DNA of 64,000 nucleotides, from contig CM059432.1 of the NCBI GenBank assembly GCA_030390025.1, positions 110,672,001 to 110,736,000 on the forward strand, written 5' to 3'. Positions 48,601 through 61,763 of the stretch are shown here, one piece after another. The translations under genes were made by a program, and so were the position numbers. The stretch is from Squalus acanthias. Lineage: Eukaryota. Below the pieces are notes generated by a model that saw nothing but the letters and a program-made list of their open reading frames with translations, did no database searches and was not told the DNA's origin. Position 1 is the first letter of the stretch. Every line of letters starts with the position of its first letter.

Positions 48601-51600
48601 GGATGGTGGTCGGGGGGTCCGATGATGGTCGGGGGGTTTGATGGTGGTCGGGGGGTCCGATGGTGGTCGGGGGGTCCGATGGTGGTCGGGGGGTCCGATG
48701 GTGGTCGGGTGGTCTGATGGTGGTCGGGGGTCTCATGGTGATGGGGGGTCCGATTGTGGTCAAGGGGTCCGATGGTGGTCGGGGGTCCGATGGAGGTCGG
48801 GGGTTTGATGGTGGTCGGGGGGTTTAATGGTGGTCGGGGGTCTGATGGTGGTCGGGGTGTCCGATGGTGCTCGGGGGGTCCGATAGTGGTCGGGGGGTCC
48901 GATGGAGGTCAGGGGGTTTGATGGTGGTCGGGGGGTTTGATGGTGATCGGGGGGTCCGATGGTGGTCGGTTGTCTGATGGTGGTCAGGGGGTCCGATGGT
49001 GGTGGGGGGGTCAGATGGTGGTCGGGGGGTCCCATGGTGGTCGGGTGGTCCGATGGTGGTCGGGGGTCTGATGGTGGTCGGGGTGTCCGATGGTGGTGGG
49101 GGGGTCAGATGGTGGTCGGTTGTCTGATGGTGGTCAGGGGGTCCGATGGTGGTGGGGGGGTCAGATGGTGGTCGGGGGTCCGATGGTGGTCAGGGGGTCC
49201 GATGGTGGTGGGGGGGGTCCGATGGTGGTCGGGTGTCCGATGGTGGTCGGGGGTTTGATGGTGGTCGGGGGGTTTGATGGTGATCGGGGGGTCCGATGGT
49301 GGTCGGTTGTCTGATGGTGGTCAGGGGGTCCGATGGTGGTCGGGGGGGTTTGATGGTGGACGGGGGTCCGATGGTGGTCGGGGGGGTTTGATGGTGGACG
49401 GGTGGTCTGATGGTGGTCGGGGGGTCCGATGGTTGTCGGGGGGTCTGATGGTGGTCGGGGGTTTTGATTGTGGTCGGGGGGTCTGATGGTGGTCGGGGGG
49501 TCTGATGGTGATCGGGGGGTCCGATGGTGGTCGGTGGTCCGATAGTGGTCGGGGGGTCCGATGGTGGTCGGGGGGTCCGATGGTGGTCGGGGGGTCCGAT
49601 GGCGGTCGCGGGGTTTGATGGCGGTCGGGGGGTCCGATGGTGGTCGGGGGGTTTGATGGTGGTCGGGGGGGTCAGATGGTGGTCAGGGGGTCCGATGGTG
49701 GTCGGAGGTCTGATGGTGGTTGGGGGGTCCGATGGAGGTCGGGGGGTCTCATGGTGGTGGGGGGTCTGATTGTGGTCAGGGGGTCTGATGGTGGTCGGAG
49801 GTCTGATGGTGGTCGGAGGTCCGATGGTGGTTGGGGGGTCCGATGGAGGTCGGGGGGGTCAGATGGTGGTCGGGGGTCCGATGGTGGTCAGGGGGTCCGA
49901 TGGTGGTCGGGGGGTCTCATGGTGGTGGGGGGTCTGATTGTGGTCAGGGGGTCTGATGGTGGTCGGGGGGTCTGATGGTGGTCGGGGGGTTTGGTGGTGA
50001 TCGGAGGGTCTGATGGTGGTCGGGTGGTCTGATGGCGGTCGGAGGGTCTGATGGTGGTCGAGTGGTCTGATGGTGGTCGGAGGGTCTGAGGTGGTCGGGG
50101 GTCCGATGGTGGTCGGGGGGTTTGATCGTGGTCGGGGCGTCTGATGGTGGTCGGGGGTCCGATGGTCGTCATGGGGTCGGATGATGGTCGGGTGGTCCGA
50201 TGGAAGTCGGGGGGTCTGATGGTGGTCGGGGGTCCGATGGTGGTGGGGGGGGGGTCCGATGGTGGTCGGGGGACCGATGGTGGTCGGGGGGTCTGATGGT
50301 GGTCGGGGGGGTCTGATGGTGGTCGGGGGGTCCGATGGTAGTCGGGGGGGTCCGATGGTGGTCGGGGGGCCTGATGGTGGTCGGGGGGGCACTGATGGTG
50401 GTCGGGGGGTCCGATGGTGATCGGGGGGGTCCGATGGTGGTCGGGGGGTCCGATGGTGGTCGGAGGTCTGATGGTGGTCAGAGGTCTGATGGTGGTCGGA
50501 GGTCCGATGGTGGTCGGGGGGTCCGATGGTGGTCAGGGGGTCGATGGTGGTCGGGGGGTCAGATGCTGGTCGGGGGTCCGATGGTGGTCAGGGGTCCGGA
50601 TGGGGGTGGGGGGGGGGTCCAATGGTGGTCGGGGGGTTTGATGGTGGTCGGGTGTCCGATGGGTGGTCGGGGGGTCCGATAGTGGTCGGGGGCTCGGATG
50701 GTGGTCGGGGGGTCCGATGATGGTCGGGGGGTTTGATGGTGGTCGGGGGGTCCGATGGTGGTCGGGGGGTCCGATGGTGGTCGGGGGGTCCGATGGTGGT
50801 CGGGTGGTCTGATGGTGGTCGGGGGCTCATGGTGATGGGGGGTCCGATTGTGGTCAAGGGGTCCGATGGTGGTCGGGGGTCCGATGGAGGTCGGGGTTTT
50901 GATGGTGGTCGGGGGGTTTAATGGTGGTCGGGGGTCTGATGGTGGTCGGGGGTCTGATGGTGGTCGGGGGGTCCCTTGGTGGTCGGGGGTCCGATGGTGG
51001 TCGGGGGGTCTGATGGTGGTCGGGCGGTTTGATGGTGGTCGGGGGGTCCGATGGTGGTCGGGGGTCCGATGGTGGTCGGGGGGTCTGATGGTGGTCGGGG
51101 GGTCCGATGGTGGTCGGGGGTTCCGATGGTGGTCGGGGGGTTTGATGGTGTTCGGGGGGTCTGATGGTGGTCGGGGGTCCGATGGTGGTCGGGGGTCCGC
51201 TGGTGGTCGGGGGGATTTGATGGTGGTCGGGGGGTCCGATGGTGGTCGGGGGGTCCGGTGGTGGTCGGGGGGTCCAATGGTGGTCGGGGGGTCCAATGGT
51301 GGTCGGGGGGTCCGATGTTGGTCGGGGGGTTTGACGGTGGTCGGGGGCTCCGATGGTGGTCGGGGGGTCTGATGGTGGTCGGGGGTCCGATGGTGGTCGG
51401 GAGGGTTTGATGGTGGTCGGGGGGTCCAATGGTGGTCGGGGGGTCTGGTGGAGGTCGGGGGGTCAGAAGGTGGTCGGGGGGTCCGATGGTGGTCGGGGGG
51501 TCCGATGGTGGTCAGGGGGTCCGGTGGTGGTCAGGGGGTCCGATGGAGGTCGGGCGAGGTCCGATGGTGGTCGGGGGATCTGATGGTGGTCGGGGGGTCC

Positions 51601-54600
51601 GATGGTGGTCGGGGGTCCGATGGTGGTCGGGGGTCCGATGGTGGTCGGGGGGTCTGATGGTGGTCGGGGGGTCCGATGGTGGTCGGGGGACGGATGGTGG
51701 TCGGGGGGACCGATGGTGGTCGGGTGGTCTGATGGTGGTCTGGGGGTCTGATGGTGGTCAGGGGGTTTGATGGTGGTCGGGGGGTCCCATGGTGGTTGGG
51801 GGGTCCCATGGTGGTCGGGGGGTCCCATGGTGGTTGGGGGTCCGACGGTGGTCGGGGTCCGATGGTGGTCAGGGGGTCCGATGGTGGTCGGTTGGTCTGA
51901 TGGTGGTCGGGGCGTCAGATGGTTGTTGGGCGGTTTGATGGTGGTCGGGGGGTCCGATGGTGGTCGGGGGGTTTGATGGTGGTCGGGTGGTCCGATGGTG
52001 GTCGGGGGGTTTGATGGTGGTCGGTGGGTCTGATGGTGGTCGGGGGGTCTGATGGTGTTCGGGGGGTCTGATGGTGTTCGGGGGGTCTGATGGTGGTCGG
52101 TGGGTCTGATGGTGGTCGGGGGGTCTGATGGTGTTCGGGGGGTCTGATGGTGGTCGGGGGGTTTGATGGTTGTCGGGGGGTCTGATGGTGGTCAGGGGGT
52201 CCGTTGGTGGTTGGGGGTCCGTTGGTGGTCGGCGGTCTGATGGTTGTCGGGGGGTCCGATTGTGGTCGGGGGGTCTAATGGTGGTCGGGTGGTCCGGTGG
52301 TTGTCGGGGGGTCCGATGGTGGTCGGGGGGTCCGATGGTGGTTGGGGGGTCCGATGGTGGTCGGGGGTCCGATGGTGGTCGGGGGATCCGATGGTGGTCG
52401 GGGGGTCCGGTGGTGGTCGGGGGTTCCGATGGTGATCGGGGGGTCCAATGGTGGTCGGGGGGTCCGGTGGTGGTCGGGGGGTCTGATGGTGGTCGGGGGG
52501 TCTGATGGTGGTCGGGGGGTCCGATGGTGGTCGGGGGGTCTGATGGTGGTCGGGGGGTCTGATGGTGGTGGGGGGTCCGCTGGTGGTCGGGTCGTCTGAT
52601 GGTGGTCGGTGGTCCGATGGTGGTCGGGGGGTCCGATGGCGGTCGGGGGACTGATGGTGGTCGGGGGGTTTGTTGGTGGTCGGGGGGTCCGATGGTGGTC
52701 GGGGGTCTGATGGTGGTCGGGGGTCTGATGGTGGTCGGGGGGTCCCTTGGTGGTCGGGGGTCCGATGGTGGTCGGGGGGTCTGATGGTGGTCGGGCGGTT
52801 TGATGGTGGTCGGGGGGTCCGATGGTGGTCGGGGGTCCGATGGTGGTCGGGGGGTCTGATGGTGGTCGGGGGGTCCGATGGTGGTCGGGGGACGGATGGT
52901 GGTCGGGGGTCCGATGGTGGTCGGGTGGTCTGATGGTGGTCTGATGGTGGTCGGGGGGTTTGATGGAAGTCGGGGGGTCCCATGGTGGTCGGGGGGTCCC
53001 ATTGTGGTCGGGGGTCCGATGGTGGTCGGGGTCCGATGGTGGTCAGGAGGTCCGATGGTGGTCGGGGCGTCAGATGGTTGTTGGGCGGTTTGATGGTGGT
53101 CGGGGGTCCGATGGTGGTCGGTGGGTCTGATGGTGGTCGGGGGGTTTGATGGTGGTCGGGGGGTCTGATGGTGGTCGGGGGGTCTGATGGTGTTCGGGGG
53201 GTCTGATGGTGGTCGGGGGTTCCGATGGTGGTCGGGGGTTCCGATGGTGGTCAGGGGGTCCGATGGAGTTCGGGCGAGTCCGATGGTGGTCGGGGGATCT
53301 GATGGTGGTCGGGGGGTCCGATGGTGGTCGGGGGGTCCGATGGTGGTCGGGGGTCCGATGGTGGTCGGGGGGTCTGATGGTGGTCGGGGGGTCCGATGGT
53401 GGTCGGGGGACGGATGGTGGTCGGGGGTCCGATGGTGGTCGGGTGGTCTGATGGTGGTCTGATGGTGGTCGGGGGGTTTGATGGAAGTCGGGGGGTCCCA
53501 TGGTGGTCGGGGGGTCCCATTGTGGTCGGGGGTCCGATGGTGGTCGGGGTCCGATGGTGGTCAGGAGGTCCGATGGTTGTTGGGCGGTTTGATGGTGGTC
53601 GGGGGGTTTGATGGTGGTCGGGGGGTCTGATGGTGGTCGGTTGGTCTGATGGTGGTCGGGGTGTCTGATGGTGGTCGGGGGGTCTGATGGTGTTCGGGGG
53701 GTCTGATGGTGTTCGGGGGGTCTGATGGTGGTCGGGGGCTCTGATGGTGGTCGGGGGTTCCGATGGTGGTCGGGGGTTCCGATGGTGGTCGGGGGGTTTG
53801 ATGGTGTTCGGGGGGTCTGATGGTGGTCGGGGGTCCGATGGTGGTCGGGGGTCCGCTGGTGGTCGGGGGGATTTGATGGTGGTCGGGGGGTCCGATGGTG
53901 GTCGGGGGGTCCGGTGGTGGTCGGGGGGTCCAATGGTGGTCGGGGGGTCCAATGGTGGTCGGGGGGTCCGATGTTGGTCGGGGGGTTTGACGGTGGTCGG
54001 GGGCTCCGATGGTGGTCGGGGGGTCTGATGGTGGTCGGGGGTCCGATGGTGGTCGGGAGGGTTTGATGGTGGTCGGGGGGTCCAATGGTGGTCGGGGGGT
54101 CTGGTGGAGGTCGGGGGGTCAGAAGGTGGTCGGGGGGTCCGATGGTCGTCGGGGGGTCCGATGGTGGTCAGGGGGTCCGGTGGTGGTCAGGGGGTCCGAT
54201 GGAGGTCGGGCGAGTCCGATGGTGGTCGGGGGATCTGATGGTGGTCGGGGGGTCCGATGGTGGTCGGGGGTCCGATGGTGGTCGGGGGTCCGATGGTGGT
54301 CGGGGGGTCTGATGGTGGTCGGGGGGTCCGATGGTGGTCGGGGGACGGATGGTGGTCGGGGGACCGATGGTGGTCGGGTGGTCTGATGGTGGTCTGGGGG
54401 TCTGATGGTGGTCAGGGGGTTTGATGGTGGTCGGGGGGTCCCATGGTGGTTGGGGGGTCCCATGGTGGTCGGGGGGTCCCATGGTGGTTGGGGGTCCGAC
54501 GGTGGTCGGGGTCCGATGGTGGTCAGGGGGTCCGATGGTGGTCGGTTGGTCTGATGGTGGTCGGGGCGTCAGATGGTTGTTGGGCGGTTTGATGGTGGTC

Positions 54601-57600
54601 GGGGGGTCCGATGGTGGTCGGGGGGTTTGATGGTGGTCGGGTGGTCCGATGGTGGTCGGGGGGTTTGATGGTGGTCGGTGGGTCTGATGGTGGTCGGGGG
54701 GTCTGATGGTGTTCGGGGGGTCTGATGGTGTTCGGGGGGTCTGATGGTGGTCGGTGGGTCTGATGGTGGTCGGGGGGTCTGATGGTGTTCGGGGGGTCTG
54801 ATGGTGGTCGGGGGGTTTGATGGTTGTCGGGGGGTCTGATGGTGGTCAGGGGGTCCGTTGGTGGTTGGGGGTCCGTTGGTGGTCGGCGGTCTGATGGTTG
54901 TCGGGGGGTCCGATTGTGGTCGGGGGGTCTAATGGTGGTCGGGTGGTCCGGTGGTTGTCGGGGGGTCCGATGGTGGTCGGGGGGTCCGATGGTGGTTGGG
55001 GGGTCCGATTGTGGTCGGGGGTCCGATGGTGGTCGGGGGATCCGATGGTGGTCGGGGGGTCCGGTGGTGGTCGGGGGTTCCGATGGTGATCGGGGGGTCC
55101 AATGGTGGTCGGGGGGTCCGGTGGTGGTCGGGGGGTCTGATGGTGGTCGGGGGGTCTGATGGTGGTCGGGGGGTCCGATGGTGGTCGGGGGGTCTGATGG
55201 TGGTCGGGGGGTCTGATGGTGGTCGGGGGGTCCGGTGGTGGTCGGGGGGTCTGATGGTGGTCGGGGGGTCTGATGGTGGTCGGGGGGTCTGATGGTGGTC
55301 GGGGGGTCCGATGGTGGTCGGGGGGTCCGGTGGTGGTCGGGGGGTCTGATGGTGGTCGGGGGGTCTGATGGTGGTCGGGGGGTCCGATGGTGGTCGGTGG
55401 GTCCGGTGGTGGTCGGGGGGTCTGATGGTGGTCGGGGTGTCTGATGGTGGTCGGGGGGTCCAATGGTGGTCGGGGGCCTTTGATGGTGGTCAGGGTGTCT
55501 GATGGAGGTCGGGGGACGGATGGTGGTCGGGGGTCCGATGGTGGTCGGGTGGTCTGATGGTGGTCTGATGGTGGTCGGGGGGTTTGATGGAAGTCGGGGG
55601 GTCCCATGGTGGTCGGGGGGGTCCCATTGTGGTCGGGGGTCCGATGGTGGTCGGGGTCCGATGGTGGTCAGGAGGTCCGATGGTTGTTGGGCGGTTTGAT
55701 GGTGGTCGGGGGGTTTGATGGTGGTCGGGGGGTCTGATGGTGGTCGGTTGGTCTGATGGTGGTCGGGGTGTCTGATGGTGGTCGGGGGGTCTGATGGTGT
55801 TCGGGGGGTCTGATGGTGTTCGGGGGGTCTGATGGTGGTCGGGGGCTCTGATGGTGGTCGGGGGTTCCGATGGTGGTCGGGGGTTCCGATGGTGGTCGGG
55901 GGGTTTGATGGTGTTCGGGGGGTCTGATGGTGGTCGGGGGTCCGATGGTGGTCGGGGGTCCGCTGGTGGTCGGGGGGATTTGATGGTGGTCGGGGGGTCC
56001 GATGGTGGTCGGGGGGTCCGGTGGTGGTCGGGGGGTCCAATGGTGGTCGGGGGGTCCAATGGTGGTCGGGGGGTCCGATGTTGGTCGGGGGGTTTGACGG
56101 TGGTCGGGGGCTCCGATGGTGGTCGGGGGGTCTGATGGTGGTCGGGGGTCCGATGGTGGTCGGGAGGGTTTGATGGTGGTCGGGGGGTCCAATGGTGGTC
56201 AGGGGGTCTGGTGGAGGTCGGGGGGTCAGAAGGTGGTCGGGGGGTCCGATGGTGGTCGGGGGGTCCGATGGTGGTCAGGGGGTCCGGTGGTGGTCAGGGG
56301 GTCCGATGGAGGTCGGGCGAGTCCGATGGTGGTCGGGGGATCTGATGGTGGTCGGGGGGTCCGATGGTGGTCGGGGGTCCGATGGTGGTCGGGGGTCCGA
56401 TGGTGGTCGGGGGGTCTGATGGTGGTCGGGGGGTCCGATGGTGGTCGGGGGACGGATGGTGGTCGGGGGACCGATGGTGGTCGGGTGGTCTGATGGTGGT
56501 CTGGGGGTCTGATGGTGGTCAGGGGGTTTGATGGTGGTCGGGGGGTCCCATGGTGGTTGGGGGGTCCCATGGTGGTCGGGGGGTCCCATGGTAGTTGGGG
56601 GTCCGACGGTGGTCGGGGTCCGATGGTGGTCAGGGGGTCCGATGGTGGTCGGTTGGTCTGATGGTGGTCGGGGCGTCAGATGGTTGTTGGGCGGTTTGAT
56701 GGTGGTCGGGGGGTCCGATGGTGGTCGGGGGGTTTGATGGTGGTCGGGTGGTCCGATGGTGGTCGGGGGGTTTGATGGTGGTCGGGGGGTCTGATGGTGT
56801 TCGGGGGGTCTGATGGTGTTCGGGGGGTCTGATGGTGGTCGGTGGGTCTGATGGTGGTCGGGGGGTCTGATGGTGTTCGGGGGGTCTGATGGTGGTCGGG
56901 GGGTTTGATGGTTGTCGGGGGGTCTGATGGTGGTCAGGGGGTCCGTTGGTGGTTGGGGGTCCGTTGGTGGTCGGCGGTCTGATGGTTGTCGGGGGGTCCG
57001 ATTGTGGTCGGGGGGTCTAATGGTGGTCGGGTGGTCCGGTGGTTGTCGGGGGGTCCGATGGTGGTCGGGGGGTCCGATGGTGGTTGGGGGGTCCGATGGT
57101 GGTCGGGGGTCCGATGGTGGTCGGGGGATCCGATGGTGGTCGGGGGGTCCGGTGGTGGTCGGGGGTTCCGATGGTGATCGGGGGGTCCAATGGTGGTCGG
57201 GGGGTCCGGTGGTGGTCGGGGGGTCTGATGGTGGTCGGGGGGTCTGATGGTGGTCGGGGGGTCCGATGGTGGTCGGGGGGTCTGATGGTGGTCGGGGGGT
57301 CTGATGGTGGTCGGGGGGTCCGGTGGTGGTCGGGGGGTCTGATGGTGGTCGGGGGGTCTGATGGTGGTCGGGGGGTCTGATGGTGGTCGGGGGGTCCGAT
57401 GGTGGTCGGGGGGTCCGGTGGTGGTCGGGGGGTCTGATGGTGGTCGGGGGGTCTGATGGTGGTCGGGGGGTCCGATGGTGGTCGGTGGGTCCGGTGGTGG
57501 TCGGGGGGTCTGATGGTGGTCGGGGTGTCTGATGGTGGTCGGGGGGTCCAATGGTGGTCGGGGGCCTTTGATGGTGGTCAGGGTGTCTGATGGAGGTCGG

Positions 57601-60600
57601 GGGTGTGATGGTGGTCTGGGGGGTTTGATGGTGGACGGGGGTCCGATGGTGGTCGGGGGGGTTCGATGGTGGTCGGGGGGTTTGATGGTGGTCGGGGTGT
57701 CCTATGATGGTCGGGGGGTCCGATGGTGGTCGGGGGGTCCGATGGTGGTCGGGGGGTCTGATGGTGGTCGGGGGGTTTGATGGTGGTCGGGGTGTCCTAT
57801 GATGGTCGGGGGGTCCGATGGTGGTCGGGGGGTCCGATGGTGGTCGGGGGGTCTGATGGTGGTCGGGGGGTTTGACGGTGGTCGGGGGGGTCCGATGGTG
57901 GTCGGGGGGTCCGATGGTGGTCGGGGGGTCCGATGGTGGTCGGGGGGTCCAATGGTGGTCGGGGGGTCCGATGGTGGTCGGGGGGTCTGATGGTGGTCGG
58001 GGGGTTTGACGGTGGTCGGGGGGGTCCGATGGTGGTCGGGGGGTCCGATGGTGGTCGGGGGGTCCGATGGTGGTCGGGGGGTCCAATGGTGGTCGGGGGG
58101 TCTGGTGGAGGTCGGGGGGTCAGATGGTGGTCGGGGTGTCCGATGGTGGTCGGGGGGTCCGATGGTGGTCGGGGGGTCCGATGGTGGTCGGGGGGTCTGA
58201 TGGTGGTCGGGGGGTCCGATGGTGGTCGGGGGACGGATGGTGGTCGGGGGTCCGATGGTGGTCGGGTGGTCTGATGGTGGTCTGGGGGTCTGATGGTGGT
58301 CAGGGGGTTTGATGGTGGTCGGGGGGTCCCATGGTGGTCGGGGGGTCCTATGGTGGTCGGGATCCGATGGTGGTCAGGGGGTCCGATGGTGGTTGGGCGG
58401 TTTGATGGTGGTCGGGGGGTTTGATGGTGTTCGGGGGGGCTGATGGTGTTCGGGGGGGCTGATGGTGTTCGGGGGGTCCGATGGTGGTCGGGGGTTCCGA
58501 TGGTGGTCGGGGGGTCTGATGGTGGTCGGGGGGTTTGATGGTTGTCGGGGGGTCTGATGGTTGTCGGGGGGTCCGATGGTGGTCGGGGGGTCCGATTGTG
58601 GTCGGGGGGTCTAATGGTGGTCGGGGGGTCTGATGGTGGTCGGGGGGTCTGATGGTGGTCGGGGGTCCGATGGTGGTCGGGGGGATTTGATGGTGGTCGG
58701 GGGGTCCAATGGTGGTCGGGGGGTCCGGTGGTGGTCGGGTGGTCCGGTGGTGGTCGGGGGGTCCGATGGTGGTCGGGGGGTCCAATGGTGGTCGGGGGGT
58801 CCGGTGGTGGTCGGGGGGTCTGATGGTGGTCGGGGGGTCTGATGGTGGTCGGGGGGTCCGATGGTGGTCGGGGGGTCTGATGGTGGTCGGAGGGTCCGAT
58901 GGTGGTCGGGGGGTCCGATGGTGGTCGGGGGGTCTGATGGTGGTCGGAGGGTCCGATGGTGGTCGGGGGGTCCGATGGTGGTCGGGGGGTCTGATGGTGG
59001 TCGGGGGGATTTGATGGTGGTCGGGGGGATTTGATGGTGGTCGGGGGGTCTGATGGTGGTCGGGGGGTCCGGTGGTGGTCGGGGGGTCCGGTGGTGGTCG
59101 GGGGGTCTGATGGTGGTCGGGGGGTCCGATGGTGGTCGGGGGGTCCAATGGTGGTCGGGGGGTCCGGTGGTGGTCGGGGGGTCTGATGGTGGTCGGGGGG
59201 TCCGATGGTGGTCGGGGGGTCCGGTGGTGGTCGGGGGTCTGATGGTGGTCGGGGGGTCTGATCGTGGTCGGGGGTCCGATGGTGGTCGGGGGCCTTTGAT
59301 GGTGGTCAGGGTGTCTGATGGTGGTCGGGGGGTCTGATCGTGGTCGGGGGGTCTGATGGTGGTCGGGGGGTTTGATGGTTGTCGGGGGGTCTGATGGTTG
59401 TCGGGGGGTCTGATGGTGGTCGGGGGGTCCGATGGTGGTCGGGGGGTCCGATTGTGGTTGGGGGGTCTAATGGTGGTCGGGGGGTCTGATGGTGGTCGGG
59501 GGTCCGATGGTGGTCGGGGGGGGTTCGATGGTGGTCGGGGGGTTTGATGGTGGTCGGGGGGTCCAATGGTGGTCGGGGGGTCCGGTGGTGGTCGGGGGTC
59601 CGATGGTGGTCGGGGGGGGTTCGATGGTGGTCGGGGGCCTTTGATGGTGGTCAGGGTGTCTGATGGTGGTCGGGGGGTTTGATGGTGGTCGGGGGGTCCG
59701 ATGGTGGTCGGGGGGTCCGATGGTGGTCGGGGGGTTTGATGGTGGTCGGGGGGTCTGATGGTGGTCGGGGGGTCCGATGGTGGTCGGGGGGTCCGATTGT
59801 GGTCGGGGGGCTGATGGTGGTCGGGGGGTCCGATGGTGGTCGGGGGGTCCGATTGTGGTCGGGGGGTCCAATGTTGGTCGGGGGGTCCGGTGGAGGTCGG
59901 GGGGTCTGATGGAGGTCGGGGGGTCTGATGGAGGTCGGGGGGTCCGATATTGGTCGGGGGGTTTGATGGAGGTCGGGGGTGTGATGGTGGTCGGGGGGTC
60001 CGGTCATGGTCGGGGGGTCTGATGGAGGTCGGGGGGTCCGATATTGGTCGGGGGGTTTGATGGTGGTCGGGGGGTTTGATGGAGGTCGGGGGGTCTGATG
60101 GTGGTCGGGTGGTCTGATGGTGGTCGGGGGTCTGATGCTGTTCGGGGGGTCTGATGGTGGTCGGGGGGTCTGATGGTTGTCGGGGGGTCCGGTGGTGATC
60201 GGGGTTCTGGTGGTGGTGGGGGGTGGGGGTGCAGACAGATCACGGGGGAGTGGGGTTGGTGGTGTACTGGTTACTTTGTTGGGCTGGGAAGAAGTACTCC
60301 TGCTCCTCCTGGCCCACAAGCAGTGCTGTAAAGGCACTCAGCACTTGGATTCAGCCCTTCTCGCCTCCTTTCAGCTGCTGGGCTTCCCGAGTCCTGCAAA
60401 ACTCGGCCACTGGTGGTTCAGATTAAATGACTGGTAAAATATGACCAGGCAGCCTCATTGTAATATTTAAATGACCAACTCGCTTCCCGTGAGCGGACTG
60501 GTCGCCCGCCCCTCGTCCTGCCTCCGTTTAAATCGGAAGTAGGTGGGTTGGGTTCCTGTTTCAGATTTTTTGCATTTTAACCTCTGACACGACCCCAATC

Positions 60601-60630
60601 CACCCGTTTCCGGGAGTTAAGATTCAGCCC
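39696..60630. mobile_element. Putative Harbinger-type MITE enclosing the satellite
   Basis: Left GGCCTGGATTTTA vs right reverse complement GGGCTGAATCTTA (10/13); flanks AAA/AGA; GC-rich non-tandem body at 60215-60630. Confidence 0.6.
39743..60215. repeat. G-rich 19-bp satellite, ~20.5 kb, roughly 1,000-1,100 units
   Basis: Unit GATGGTGGTCGGGGGGTCY with variable G-run length and kb-scale higher-order duplications. Confidence 0.98.
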
Positions 60631-61085
60631 AGAGCCCTCCCTGTAGCTCAGTTCAGTACTACACAGGGATATAGGAATTGCTCAATGAAAACAGACTAAG
60701 ATCCATCTCGTTCATCTTCTGCTATCCTGGTAGGCACATGACACAACGATAACGGAATTGTGTAATTATCTAATCATCTAATAATCCATGTGATTGATAG
60801 GCATAATATGACCCCCTCTTCCCTTTCTCCTTTTTCCCCACATTATTTTCCCTCTATTCTCTTCGCCAGCATTCTTCTGATTTTACCTGTCTTGTTTCAA
60901 ATTTTCCTTTTCACTCATTGGGCCAGCTAACATGCACTGGCACAAGTCAATTCTAAATGGTTAAGACTGAGCACAAATCTCACCAGAATGGTAATATGCT
61001 ATTAGCACTCAATTCTCTGGGTCGGACCATATGCATAATTCACACCTGCAGGTGCAAATTCGGACAGATGCAGAGCGCACACTAA

Positions 61086-61763
61086 GGGCTCGATTTTGTC
61101 ATTGGGGCGGGCTGGGGTCGTGTCATCCAGTTTTCGTGTTAGCCACCCGACTCCAATTGGATGTAGGAGAATTATTCGATTTTCCCCTGATTGGGCAAAT
61201 GAGTTCCAGCATGTGGGAACCCATGACCCAATTCGTGTTTTCAGTCTGAAAGTCGCCTCTGATGATGTCATCATTGCTGCTGCATTTAAGGTCTGCAAAG
61301 ACTGGGAAGCTTTTGGCCTTTGCTGTGAGAGGGACGTCATCGTTGTTGCCGCCGCCGCCGCCCCCCAACAATGGTTATGACTGCTAAAGGTTCCCCCAGA
61401 ATGATGATTGATCCAAGCTCTTTGTTAATGGTGGACCTGCAGCTGATAGTCAGCAATCCAAGTGTGCTTCCGCCAGGTTTCACCGTCGTGTTTCAGAGGA
61501 GGCGTGCATCATGTCCGAAAAGTCTTAAAATCAGAAAGGCATCTCAAAATGGGATTATAGAGGCAATTAAGTGGTTGTTAAGGGCCTTAAGGGCCTATCC
61601 CGCCTCTTGGAAGCGTGACGGAGACGGGATCAAAAACCATGCATTTGGGAAAATTGCTTGGAGGCGGGATGGAGGTGGGGTCGGGCCCGCCCGCCATTTT
61701 TTGCAATTTTTACACCCCACACGCCTCCATTCCCGCCTCCTCAGGCCTGGCAAAATCGAGCCC
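61086..61763. mobile_element. Harbinger-type MITE, 678 bp
   Basis: Perfect 13-bp TIR GGGCTCGATTTTG; TAA duplicated at 61083-61085 and 61764-61766. Confidence 0.92.

Noticed and set aside
39522..60337. Extensin/mucin-like Pro-rich and Gly-rich ORFs
   Set aside because: Satellite translations; variable G-run lengths cause constant frameshifts
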